Assembly: GCA_030590175.1 (NCBI GenBank)
Contig: JAUUZE010000001.1
Location: 1 to 48,441, forward strand
Reading direction: 5' to 3'
From: Clostridia bacterium
GTDB taxonomy: Bacteria > Bacillota > Clostridia > DUPQ01
Length of the DNA: 48,441 nucleotides
Within the stretch, counting starts at the first letter, position 1; each line of letters begins with the position of its first letter. The notes under the pieces were generated by a model that saw only the letters and a program-made list of their open reading frames with translations, was not told where the DNA came from and made no database searches. Below, one piece after another: positions 34,038 to 43,889 of the stretch. Made by a program: the position numbers and the translations under genes.

Positions 34038-36506
34038 ATGCCAGTAACATTTGTTAAACCTGAGGGTGATAACGCTACAGCAACCTATATGATAATAGGT
34101 GAACAACCTATTCGTATGGAAATTAAACTTAATAAATCATTCATAGGCCCAGTAGGACGTGTATTTGATGAATGTCTTGCAATAACTGGGATTCAAAGAT
34201 CAGATTGTTATATTACTAATCTAATAAAAGATCTTGATCATCCATTAAAATACTATCTTCAAAATAATAAAAGTCAAATAACATTTTCAAAAGAGGGTCT
34301 TAATTATCTAAACATTCTTAAAGATGAAATTAAAAATTCTAATGCAAAGATTATAATCGTCTTTGGTTGGGCAGCTACAGCAGCACTAACCGGTAGAGTC
34401 GGTATTAAAAAATGGCGTGGTAGTATTATTAAACAATCTGGGAAATTCATTATTCCAACTTATCATCCAGCTACAACATTAAATTCTTATGGTTATCAAG
34501 AAATAAAAGGTGGTCAGTATTTAAATAAACTCTTAATTCAATTTGATATGAAAAAGGGAAAAGATATTCTTGAAAAAGGATTTAAAAAAACTCCTAGAGA
34601 ATTAATAGTCAAACCTACTTTTATTAAAACTATGCAACATTTAAATATATTAAAAGATTTTGGATTAAAAGGATATCTAATCTCCTTTGATATTGAAATA
34701 ACTAATCTTGAAGTTTCTTGTATTTCATTTTCTGATAATCCTAATTTTGCTATATCCATTCCTTTTATTGATGAAAGGGGTAGTTATTACTCTATCCCAC
34801 AAGAGATGGAAATATGGAAAACTATTGAAAGTATTCTCAGTAATCCAAATATAAAAAAGTGTGGTCAAAATCTAATTTTTGATACACATTTTCTTCTTCG
34901 TAAATATGGAATTAAAACTAAGAATATTGAAGATACTATGGTTGCCCAGAGAACAATCATGATCGACTATAAGGTAGGTCTTGATTTTATAACTTCAATA
35001 TGGACTGATCATGAGTATTATAAAGATGAAGGTAAGAAATACTTTGATGGAGGTAATAAAGAAAAGCTCTGGCGTTATAATGCTACTGATTCTATTATAT
35101 GTTCTGAAGCATTTCCTAAACAAAAACAGGAACTTATTAAACAGGATAACCTACCTGCTTATAATCGACAAGTTAAGATTATTGAACCACTTTGTTATAT
35201 GATGGAGCGAGGAATAAAGATTAATGTTAAAGCTATGACGCAGGCTTATAATGATAAGTTACCTGAAATAGAAAAAATGCAATTAGAACTTAATGAATTA
35301 GCTGGTCAACCTCTTAATGCAAGTTCATCTAAACAAATCATGGATTATTTTTATAAAGAAAAAAAACTAAAGCCATATAAAAATAAAGGTAAAGCTACTG
35401 CTGATGAAAAGGCTATGATTCGTATAGCACGTAAAGGATTTCCAGAAGCATTTAAAATCCTTGATATTCGCAGAGCTATTAAAAATCGTTCTACATATCT
35501 TAATCCTGAAAAAATTGATTCTGATGGTCGGCTTCGCTGTAGTTATAATCCTGTTGGTACAAAGTTTAGCCGGATTAGTTCTTCAAAAAATATATTTGGA
35601 ACTGGGAATAATATTCAGAATCAACCTCATGAAATTCTAAAATACTTTCTTGCTGATGATGGCTATATTTGTTATTCTCTTGATCTTGCCCAAGCTGAAA
35701 ACAGAATTGTAGCATATGTAGGTCCTGTTCCACAAATGATAGAAGCATTTGAATCTGGTATTGATACTCATGCATTAACAGCAGCAATGATTTCTGGTGA
35801 AACTATTGAAGAAGTTATTCGACAGGATAAAGCAGGAATAACTTGTCATATTGGTGGAGGTAAAAAATCCTGGCGTTATTTTGGTAAAAAATCTAATCAC
35901 TCTCAAGATTATGATCAGAGCTATAAAAGTTTCTCGCTTGAGCTTGAAATTCCAGAACGTGATGGAAAGTATATTGTTAATAGATTTCATCTGGGTTATC
36001 CAGGTATTCGTCAAAACTATCATACAGGTATTCGTAAACAATTATCAAAAAATAGAACTCTAACTAATCTAATGGGTCGTAAAACTTTATTTCTTGATGA
36101 ATGGGGAGATAAACTATTTAAAGTTGCTTATAGTTGTATTCCACAAGGAACTGTTGGTGATATAATTAATGAAAGAGGATTAATTTATACCTATTATAAC
36201 CAACAAAAGTTTAAACATATTGAACTTCTTAATCAAGTTCATGATTCATTAGTATTTCAAATACCTATTAACATCGGTTTTGATAAACATGCTGAGATGC
36301 TTCTTGATATAATTAAATCTCTTGAGACACCTCTGATTCTCCCGAATAAAAATACTTTTATAATACCTGTAGATATCGAAATGGGATTTAATATGTATAA
36401 GGAAGATTGTCAGAATATATCTTATAAGAATATGCCTAAGAATATTTCTGATCTATCAAAGGCTCTAAATAATAATTATCAAACTCTTTTACAAGAAAGG
36501 AAATAA
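34038..36506 (+). CDS. Family A DNA polymerase with an N-terminal family-4 UDG-like domain and a 3'-5' exonuclease
   Basis: UDG-like region: GEQP...FIGPVGRVFDECL...CYITNLIKD...YHPA. Exo I: FDIE. Pol motif A: DLAQAENR. Motif B: KKSNHSQDY. Motif C: QVHDS. Confidence 0.85.
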   Translation: MPVTFVKPEGDNATATYMIIGEQPIRMEIKLNKSFIGPVGRVFDECLAITGIQRSDCYITNLIKDLDHPLKYYLQNNKSQITFSKEGLNYLNILKDEIKNSNAKIIIVFGWAATAALTGRVGIKKWRGSIIKQSGKFIIPTYHPATTLNSYGYQEIKGGQYLNKLLIQFDMKKGKDILEKGFKKTPRELIVKPTFIKTMQHLNILKDFGLKGYLISFDIEITNLEVSCISFSDNPNFAISIPFIDERGSYYSIPQEMEIWKTIESILSNPNIKKCGQNLIFDTHFLLRKYGIKTKNIEDTMVAQRTIMIDYKVGLDFITSIWTDHEYYKDEGKKYFDGGNKEKLWRYNATDSIICSEAFPKQKQELIKQDNLPAYNRQVKIIEPLCYMMERGIKINVKAMTQAYNDKLPEIEKMQLELNELAGQPLNASSSKQIMDYFYKEKKLKPYKNKGKATADEKAMIRIARKGFPEAFKILDIRRAIKNRSTYLNPEKIDSDGRLRCSYNPVGTKFSRISSSKNIFGTGNNIQNQPHEILKYFLADDGYICYSLDLAQAENRIVAYVGPVPQMIEAFESGIDTHALTAAMISGETIEEVIRQDKAGITCHIGGGKKSWRYFGKKSNHSQDYDQSYKSFSLELEIPERDGKYIVNRFHLGYPGIRQNYHTGIRKQLSKNRTLTNLMGRKTLFLDEWGDKLFKVAYSCIPQGTVGDIINERGLIYTYYNQQKFKHIELLNQVHDSLVFQIPINIGFDKHAEMLLDIIKSLETPLILPNKNTFIIPVDIEMGFNMYKEDCQNISYKNMPKNISDLSKALNNNYQTLLQERK

Positions 36507-36508
36507 AT

Positions 36509-37162
36509 ATGCAAGAATTAAATTTCTATGATATTTGTAAATGTACTTCTAAAATTCCTAAAAAATTAAAAACTCTTATGATAGAAAGTGATTTTCCTAT
36601 ATATATTGCAGGGGGTTTTATTAGATCTATAATTGTTGGAGATACAGTTAATGATATAGATATTTTTGCTGGAAATCATACAGTATCTCAATCATTAGCT
36701 TATCAATTATCTACCAAAACATATAATATTAGTGAAACTAATAATGCTTTTACATTATTAGATTTTAAACCTCCTATTCAACTTATACATAGATGGACAT
36801 TTAAAAATTATATAGAATTAATAGATTCTTTTGATTTTACTATTTGTAAAGCTGTTATTTTTTATGATAAAAAAACTAAAAAATGGAAAGGATTCTGTGA
36901 TGATAATTTTTATTCTGACTTAGCCGCTAAAAGATTAATTTATTGTAATCCTATTAGAGATGAAGAGGTTGGCGGTTCTACATTAAGACTTTTAAAATAT
37001 TATAGAAAAGGTTTTAATGCTCCACTATCTTCAATAGCTACTGTTTTGGGAAGACTTTTATTTAAAGTTCATACAGAAAGAGATAATTCTACCGAAATAG
37101 AATTAGTTATTATTATTAGAGGGTTATTAATAGAAGTAGATCCTAATGCAATAGTTGAATAA
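36509..37162 (+). CDS. Pol-beta superfamily nucleotidyltransferase, CCA-adding / poly(A) polymerase head-domain-like (217 aa)
   Basis: IAGGFIRSIIVGDTVNDIDIF matches the GGxVRDxxxGxxxxDxD head motif of class II tRNA nucleotidyltransferases. Confidence 0.6.
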   Translation: MQELNFYDICKCTSKIPKKLKTLMIESDFPIYIAGGFIRSIIVGDTVNDIDIFAGNHTVSQSLAYQLSTKTYNISETNNAFTLLDFKPPIQLIHRWTFKNYIELIDSFDFTICKAVIFYDKKTKKWKGFCDDNFYSDLAAKRLIYCNPIRDEEVGGSTLRLLKYYRKGFNAPLSSIATVLGRLLFKVHTERDNSTEIELVIIIRGLLIEVDPNAIVE

Positions 37163-37173
37163 AGGAAATAAAT

Positions 37174-38367
37174 ATGCAAGATAGAATCTTAACTGATTGG
37201 CTTGATAATTATCTAGTTTACACTCATAATAGCGAGCCTTCTGAAATGTATCGCTTGTGGTCTGGGATTAGTGTTATATCTGGAGTTCTTCAGCGAAAGT
37301 GTAAACTTGATTGGGGTGAGTTAGTTTTTTATCCTAATCTCTATACTATTCTCGTTGGTCCTCCAGCCGCCCGAAAGGGTACTGCTATGAACCAGGCTTT
37401 TCCGTTTCTTGAAAATCTTAACATTAAAATAGCTGCTGAATCAATAACTCGTGAAGCATTAATTCAGGAACTTAAAAATTCTAATGATAATGATCTTGAT
37501 ATTAAAACTGGTAAAATGCACTTCCATTCATCATTGACTATCTGGGCACAAGAATTAACTGTCTTTCTTGGATATAGTAATCTCCAACTACTTAGTGATC
37601 TAACCGACTGGTATGATTGTCGAAATAAGTGGACATATCGTACTAAGAATATGGGTACTGATGAAATTGTAGGAGTCTATGTAAATCTCTTTGGTGCTAC
37701 TACTCCTGACCTCCTTCGCTCAACAATGCCACTTGATGCTATTGGTGGTGGATTAACATCAAGAATGATATTTGTTTATGAATGGGATAAAGAGAAACTT
37801 GTAGTTTATACCGGACTAACTAATAAAGAAAAACAAATCAAAGAAAACCTTTACATTGATCTCGAACGAATTAGAATGCTTAGTGGTACATTTAGAACTA
37901 CTCCTGATGTTATCGATATCTGGGCACAATGGTATACATATCAGGAAAATAATCCACCTTTTCGTGACTCTAGATTCAATAGTTACTTTCAGCGTCGTGG
38001 AAATCATATTATGAAATTAGCTATGATTTGCAGTGCTTCACGAACATCTAATATGATTATAACAGGAGATGATTTTAATAGAGCAATTAATATTCTGAAT
38101 CGAACAGAGAAAAAAATGTCTCAAACATTCTCTGGTGTTGGTAAGGCATCTCACGCAGATGTACTTACAAAAGTATATACTGATCTCAGATTTGCTGGTA
38201 AAGAAGGTATGAAATATAGTGAGCTTCTTGCTATATATCGTGATGATGCTGATGACTGGATAATGGATAAGATTATTAAAACTTTAAAAGCTATGAAATA
38301 TATTGAAACTATTATCAATGGTGATGATACAACAATAATAGCACTTAAACTAGATGATGGAGACTAA
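37174..38367 (+). CDS. P-loop NTPase, probable replicative helicase / primase-associated protein
   Basis: Walker A LVGPPAARKGT and Walker B-like RMIFVYEWD. It lies in the replication module. Confidence 0.5.
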   Translation: MQDRILTDWLDNYLVYTHNSEPSEMYRLWSGISVISGVLQRKCKLDWGELVFYPNLYTILVGPPAARKGTAMNQAFPFLENLNIKIAAESITREALIQELKNSNDNDLDIKTGKMHFHSSLTIWAQELTVFLGYSNLQLLSDLTDWYDCRNKWTYRTKNMGTDEIVGVYVNLFGATTPDLLRSTMPLDAIGGGLTSRMIFVYEWDKEKLVVYTGLTNKEKQIKENLYIDLERIRMLSGTFRTTPDVIDIWAQWYTYQENNPPFRDSRFNSYFQRRGNHIMKLAMICSASRTSNMIITGDDFNRAINILNRTEKKMSQTFSGVGKASHADVLTKVYTDLRFAGKEGMKYSELLAIYRDDADDWIMDKIIKTLKAMKYIETIINGDDTTIIALKLDDGD

Positions 38368-38378
38368 TTATAATCCCC

Positions 38379-38399
38379 TTTGATGATTAAATCATCAAA
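38379..38399. repeat. Conserved palindrome copy 19 (centre TAA)
   Basis: Perfect core, 11 nt after the stop at 38367 and 28 nt before the ATG at 38428. Confidence 0.95.
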
Positions 38400-38427
38400 G
38401 GAATTTAAATAATAAGGAAAAATAAAT

Positions 38428-38814
38428 ATGACAGATGAAAAAGGACTTACAATAGAAAATCAAGAAGATATAAAATTACTTAGATCAATAGCAACAACAC
38501 TTCATACTCTTCTATGTAATCGAAAACATAATAGTGAAGATCAAACTTGCTGTCAATTCTATTCTAATGAAATATTTTCTGCACATCATGAAGATCTTTG
38601 GGCTGAAGAATCACATAAAGATTGGATTCAAATAACTAAAGTTTTAATGAAACTGAATCATGTACAAGAAAAGGAGATGTTTATAATTCTTGAAAACATA
38701 TCAAAAGTTATTCTAGATATATCTAATCTATTATCTAAATATCCAAAGATGTATAATATAATAAAAGAAGTAATTGAAAGTATATTTACAAACCACCCTT
38801 CAAGCCAGAACTAA
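38428..38814 (+). CDS. Hypothetical protein (128 aa), last gene of the rightward arm
   Basis: ORF track entry with SD AAGGAAAA. Its 3' end overlaps the convergent 1412-aa gene by 29 nt. Confidence 0.6.
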   Translation: MTDEKGLTIENQEDIKLLRSIATTLHTLLCNRKHNSEDQTCCQFYSNEIFSAHHEDLWAEESHKDWIQITKVLMKLNHVQEKEMFIILENISKVILDISNLLSKYPKMYNIIKEVIESIFTNHPSSQN

Positions 38815-41800
38815 TACCACCAATACCACCACTTCGTTTTTTCTTCTTATGACTCTTGGAATCAATTTTTGGCAAACTTACTAATTGTTTAGCCCAAGAG
38901 TCATAATAATCTGTAGGATAACTCTTATTCCAAGCATTAGCTACTTTTGAAGCTGTTCCCCAATATTGAAAATGTTCTTCTGTTCCTTCGAATAATCCTT
39001 TCTGACTTATCACAGAATATAAATCCAGAACTGGAGACATATAAATATCTGGATTTGCAAACTTAAATCCTTTCTCTGTCGGTTTTATAAAATGACTAAT
39101 GAATGGTGGATGTAAGAATAGTTCTAAAACACTAGTATCATTTGCTCTAGCGATACTTTCAGCTATTCCAACATACATAAGATATCTCATAAATCTTGTT
39201 CTATAACTAGTTCCAAAAACATCTTTCTCACCTTTAAGAGCCTTCTTAATTATATCATATTTATATTCAAGAAGTTTTATTGGAGTCATTGTAAACATAG
39301 TAAATGCTCTAGCTCCAGTACCTTTCATCCACAATGCCTGATCACTTTGACCTCTAAAATTTGAATCAAGAATATTTTTCCAGATAGCTTTTTGAACTTT
39401 TTCCATTGGCATCTTACCAACACCTGACATAATCCCTGCCATAACATTAATACCATTTTCAAATGCTTCGATTGCAACAGTTGGCTGAGCTAAAAGAGCT
39501 TTAACTCTTTGTGATCCTTCTCTAAATCCTGGAATTTGATCTAATTCCGCCACAATATTTTTCTGTTTTATAAAAGCACTAATAACATCTAACTCATGTC
39601 CTTTTGGCTCACGTCCAAAAGTTTTTTTAAATGCTTGACCAGCTGCTTTGAAAGCTAATTTACTAGCTTGAATATTAGCTTTTGTACTATATATTGCAAA
39701 TGTCCCTGGAAGCTTTAATAAATGCTTAAGTCCAACACTAAGTGAAGCACCTATAAGTCTAAGATATTCAAAATCTACAAGTTTATCAACACCATGTTCC
39801 ATTAACCTAGATACTCCAGTCTCATGTTTTCGATATAGATTTTTATCTATCCACTCATTGTATAAACTACGTAAACCAGTATCTGCTCCAGCCATAGTTT
39901 GAGCAAACCTATTAAAGAATGGTTGATGAGCTAGCTTCTTCTCAACCATAGGAATATATACATCTAGAATTTGACTTGCATCTGGTATCCATATTCTACC
40001 GTTTGGCATCTGTCTTTGAAAATCCATAATTTCAGGAGCTTTAAGTTTCTTAAAAAACCCAACATCTTTAGGATTATCAAGAACTGAATTCCAGAGTCTA
40101 GTCATATATGTTTCTTTTTTATCAATAGGTATACCAACATCTTGAAGATGTTCTTTCTTTGTTAAAAAATATTCTTTTAATCTTCTTGATAAAAACATTT
40201 CATCAGCATTAAGTTTAACTTCTGGATGCTGTTTAAGTTGTTCAAGTTTCTTAAGAGCATTCTGATATCGTTTTGATTTCATAAGAGTTTCAGATCTATT
40301 CGACTCATGAACTCCTTGAATATATTCATTTAGACTTTTAATTCTTTGTTGTGGTAACTGCCCACCAGCATGTAGAGTAGCCTTAACAACTGGCTCATTA
40401 TATAGCTTAACTATATTAATATCATAATCTTCTGGTAATCCTTTTAGTCTTTTTCCAATATTTTTACTTTGTAATTTTAATTTCTCTAACCTCTCTTCAT
40501 ATTTTTTCTTTTTATCTTTTGGTGACTTTTTAATTTGTCTCTTAATAACATCTATCTGTCTACCGATACTATTTCTCTTATTAATATCAGGTCTATATTT
40601 TTCATAAACAGGATCAAGAACATCACTAATTCTTTTCAATCTATCTTTTTTATCTTTATCAAATCTCTTAAATAAATCCTGTTTCCATTTTGAATAATTA
40701 CTAATATTTGTATGAAAAGCAATATTAGATTGTTGCATATCTATTACAGGATTATCTATTAAATCAAAAGCTTTTTCAAATTGATAATGAGGACTTGCAA
40801 GATCTTTCTTAATATCTTTTTTAATCTTAGGAACTCTCTCAACATTAATTCCTGATTTCATATGTTGTGGAAGTTCATAAGAACCTTTTTTATAACCTTT
40901 AACTATCACACCCTGATCTAATAAGTATTGATGAAATTCTGATAATTTTTCCTTAGGAGTATTATCTATAATTCTCTTATCTATCTCCATTTGTACAGCA
41001 GTTTTCTTTGCTTGATCAAGTTTACTTTTTGCATCAGAAAAATCTTTAGCATCAAACTCTTTAAGTTCCTTTTGCATCTGCCTATTAATAAACTCATCAA
41101 CAATTAGTGCTTCTTTTTCTGAATAACCAGCATCTAACAAATACCTAAGAACTTCTATCCCTTCTTCTTTAGCTGCCTTAATAATATTTCTAAGTTGCTG
41201 AACTCGCTCTGGTGGGAGTGGACCAGTTGATATTGATCCTCGCTCATCTTTAAGAATCTCTTTAACACTATCCATAAGTTCTGCTAATAATTCTGAATCT
41301 CTTCCAACACCTTTAGAAAAACTATCATCAGCCATATCAAAGATATCACTCATAGTTGTTTCAACTATATCTTCTTTTGTTTCAGCTGCTTCAAGTTTTT
41401 CTTTAAGTGGTCTCTTAGCATCAAGTAAAATATCAGCTCTATCACCGAGCTGTTTTTCTACTTTAATATGATCTATACCTGTCAATATTCTATCTACATA
41501 TTCATTAACTTGTACAAATCTAGGATCATTAGTTGGAGCTTCACTTATTAAACTCTTTAATTCTTTTTCAACATTTAGAATAATATCTGTATCACCTGGC
41601 TTCTCTATCCACTCTCTCATTACTTCACCAAGAGCATCAATCTCTTGCATTAACTCATCTGGTTCTTTAACATACTTATATGTTCTATCTTTCATTGAAG
41701 GAATTTTATCTTCATCAGTTAATTCTTTCAGCAACTTTCTTCTTTTTTCTGTCATTTTATCTTTAGGAATAATATCCCCTTTGATGATTAAATCATCAAA

Positions 41801-43024
41801 GGGTTTTTCACCACTCTTAATAGCCTCACCTTCCAATTTCTCTAAGTTATCTTGAAATACTGTTTCTTCTTCAACTATTGATTCAGCAGGCTTTTTAATA
41901 TCAGCTTCAGCTTTATCATATTCTACCATTTTATCTTTTATAGCTTTTCTAATAAATTCAGGACTTGCATCTTCTGGAAAAGTCATAGTTGTTTCTCTAC
42001 CTTTTTCCATAATTGTATACAGTTGTCGTGCAGGAAGTTTACCAAATCCCTGTTGTCCACCAGTATCTTCAAATCTAATATCAACGCCCAGATCTTTAGC
42101 CTCTTTCAAAACAACATCAGGTTTATAATTTGGATCTGGTTCATTAAATGTTATTTTAGTTTCTCCACTTTCAGCAACTTGTTCATCAAGTTTATTAAGT
42201 TTCTCACGTTCAATCTGCATTTCTCGTTTAGCTTCTTCAGGAACCTCTTCAACTACTCTTTCATGAACTTCTTTGGTGTCACGAACTACACTTTCCAACT
42301 CAGTTTTAATTCCTTCAACCTCTGCTTTAACATCTGGGTCTTTAATTTCTTTAAGATCAATTCCTTTAATATCATCAGCTAAGTCAGTAAATTCTTCTTG
42401 TGTAAGTTTTTTAGTTTTAATTCTACGTTTCATACCTTCAATTTTACTCTTAACTTTTTTAATTCCTCCTGCACCAACTTCATGATAACCTTTAAAAGCT
42501 AATAATTCAATAAACTTAGCCATACCAAAAGCAGCTACATCAATAACTTCATCAGGAATAAATGTATCAAGCTCTTTAAATTGTGCTAGATTTTTTTCTA
42601 TCTGTTCAGATGGAACCATTACCTCAATTCCATGACTAACTTTCTTAACAACACTTTCAGGTATTTCTGGCTGTTGACCTATATCAAAAAATTCCTTTGA
42701 AAATTTAGTTATCATTCCAGGCTGGAGAGTAACTTTACTAGCAGCTTCAACAGCCTGGTCTCTAGCTTCACGTATAGTCATTTTTGGATCTACTATTCCA
42801 CGACCTATAGCCATTGTCTCAGCACCAAGCCCAGGAAGAAACATTGTAGCACCATGAGTTAATGCTGCTGTTGCATCAATAGTTTCTATAGTACTAGCTC
42901 CAATATCCTTCCCGAATTGTTTAATAGAACTAAACATTCCTGGAGATTTTTCAACTGGTTTACGATCATCAGTTATCCTATTATCACCAATAGCATCTTG
43001 ATTACGATCATCAACTATATCCAT
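38786..43024 (-). CDS. Giant virion-internal / ejection or tape-measure-like protein (1412 aa)
   Basis: It is the longest ORF. It has a K/E-rich coiled-coil-like middle region and a Gly-rich C-terminal tail (SGGIGGISSGLKGGL), and it is the last gene of the virion arm. No enzymatic motif was recognised. Confidence 0.55.
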   Translation of the reverse strand: MDIVDDRNQDAIGDNRITDDRKPVEKSPGMFSSIKQFGKDIGASTIETIDATAALTHGATMFLPGLGAETMAIGRGIVDPKMTIREARDQAVEAASKVTLQPGMITKFSKEFFDIGQQPEIPESVVKKVSHGIEVMVPSEQIEKNLAQFKELDTFIPDEVIDVAAFGMAKFIELLAFKGYHEVGAGGIKKVKSKIEGMKRRIKTKKLTQEEFTDLADDIKGIDLKEIKDPDVKAEVEGIKTELESVVRDTKEVHERVVEEVPEEAKREMQIEREKLNKLDEQVAESGETKITFNEPDPNYKPDVVLKEAKDLGVDIRFEDTGGQQGFGKLPARQLYTIMEKGRETTMTFPEDASPEFIRKAIKDKMVEYDKAEADIKKPAESIVEEETVFQDNLEKLEGEAIKSGEKPFDDLIIKGDIIPKDKMTEKRRKLLKELTDEDKIPSMKDRTYKYVKEPDELMQEIDALGEVMREWIEKPGDTDIILNVEKELKSLISEAPTNDPRFVQVNEYVDRILTGIDHIKVEKQLGDRADILLDAKRPLKEKLEAAETKEDIVETTMSDIFDMADDSFSKGVGRDSELLAELMDSVKEILKDERGSISTGPLPPERVQQLRNIIKAAKEEGIEVLRYLLDAGYSEKEALIVDEFINRQMQKELKEFDAKDFSDAKSKLDQAKKTAVQMEIDKRIIDNTPKEKLSEFHQYLLDQGVIVKGYKKGSYELPQHMKSGINVERVPKIKKDIKKDLASPHYQFEKAFDLIDNPVIDMQQSNIAFHTNISNYSKWKQDLFKRFDKDKKDRLKRISDVLDPVYEKYRPDINKRNSIGRQIDVIKRQIKKSPKDKKKKYEERLEKLKLQSKNIGKRLKGLPEDYDINIVKLYNEPVVKATLHAGGQLPQQRIKSLNEYIQGVHESNRSETLMKSKRYQNALKKLEQLKQHPEVKLNADEMFLSRRLKEYFLTKKEHLQDVGIPIDKKETYMTRLWNSVLDNPKDVGFFKKLKAPEIMDFQRQMPNGRIWIPDASQILDVYIPMVEKKLAHQPFFNRFAQTMAGADTGLRSLYNEWIDKNLYRKHETGVSRLMEHGVDKLVDFEYLRLIGASLSVGLKHLLKLPGTFAIYSTKANIQASKLAFKAAGQAFKKTFGREPKGHELDVISAFIKQKNIVAELDQIPGFREGSQRVKALLAQPTVAIEAFENGINVMAGIMSGVGKMPMEKVQKAIWKNILDSNFRGQSDQALWMKGTGARAFTMFTMTPIKLLEYKYDIIKKALKGEKDVFGTSYRTRFMRYLMYVGIAESIARANDTSVLELFLHPPFISHFIKPTEKGFKFANPDIYMSPVLDLYSVISQKGLFEGTEEHFQYWGTASKVANAWNKSYPTDYYDSWAKQLVSLPKIDSKSHKKKKRSGGIGGISSGLKGGL
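41780..41800. repeat. Conserved palindrome copy 20 (centre TAA), located in frame inside the 1412-aa CDS
   Basis: Perfect core with CCC/GGG flanks. It encodes PFDDLIIKG within ...GEKPFDDLIIKGDIIP... Confidence 0.95.
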
Positions 43025-43026
43025 AA

Positions 43027-43848
43027 TTATTCTCCAAAATTAATTATACGTTCACTATCATCTAATTCTAAAAAGCCATCTATCATTTGATTAGCTTTCT
43101 TCTCACTCACATTATATTTATTAACTAGAACATCTAAAATTCTAGATGTTTTAATATTCTCACCAACATCATCAACAATAAAAGGAATCCTCATAGGTTT
43201 TGTATCAAACCCTTCATACGTAATTGGAAATTCAAGAACTGTTATATCTTTTCCAAGTTCATTAGCATAATTTTTAACACTATTTAAATTATCTATTGTT
43301 GGATATATATGATTATTATCTTCATCAAGAGTTATTTCATCTAACTCTTTCTGAATTTGATAAACAGTTTTAGCTGTACCTTTATCTGATTTACCTAAAT
43401 CTTTTGTTGTTGAAGATCTAACTGGCTCACCTATTTTTTTACCGCCTTTAACAAAATAAGTATTAAAAACTCCAGGTGAGTCTTCAAAAACTTCTGTTGT
43501 AAAACCTTGAGATTCTTTATATTCAATTGTAGCATCATCAACCTCTTGCTTTGCCTGATAAGCAAGTCGTCTAGTTTCAGCATTTTTAGTTGCAGCATCA
43601 GCATTACTTTGACTAATTAAAGTTTTCTTCGTTTCAAAAACATTTTTAATCTTGTCCATCTCTAACTCATGATCATATTTTTCTCTCTTAAGACCCATAG
43701 TTTCTTTATGTCTCTGTTGAACACTTTGAGCAGTTCTAGCACTCTCAGCCATTTGTATAAGATCATTAATAGTTTTATTTTCAATCTGTTGTTGTTTCTG
43801 TCTTAAACCCATAATAGCATTTTGTTCTTGAGGAGATAGCCCTAACAA
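43027..43848 (-). CDS. Hypothetical virion protein (273 aa); start uncertain (TTG at 43848, no SD)
   Basis: ORF track entry. The next in-frame ATG is at 43815. Confidence 0.55.
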   Translation of the reverse strand: MLGLSPQEQNAIMGLRQKQQQIENKTINDLIQMAESARTAQSVQQRHKETMGLKREKYDHELEMDKIKNVFETKKTLISQSNADAATKNAETRRLAYQAKQEVDDATIEYKESQGFTTEVFEDSPGVFNTYFVKGGKKIGEPVRSSTTKDLGKSDKGTAKTVYQIQKELDEITLDEDNNHIYPTIDNLNSVKNYANELGKDITVLEFPITYEGFDTKPMRIPFIVDDVGENIKTSRILDVLVNKYNVSEKKANQMIDGFLELDDSERIINFGE

Positions 43849-43889
43849 ACTAATACCAGTATTACTATCAGTATCAGCCGCATCTTTTG

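Noticed and set aside
38786-43024. The giant 1412-aa protein considered as a virion-packaged RNA polymerase (which would fit hairpin promoters)
   Set aside because: No recognisable polymerase catalytic motifs (paired Asp motifs in a T7-like or two-barrel context) were seen by eye. The composition is coiled-coil/structural. This remains only a speculative link and needs profile or structure searches.
43849-43889. Possible programmed frameshift joining 43890-44423 to 43027-43848 (the downstream frame is open across the junction, with no SD and a TTG start)
   Set aside because: No slippery heptamer or stimulatory structure was identified. The observation is equally explained by a weakly initiated or mis-assigned start (ATG at 43815).
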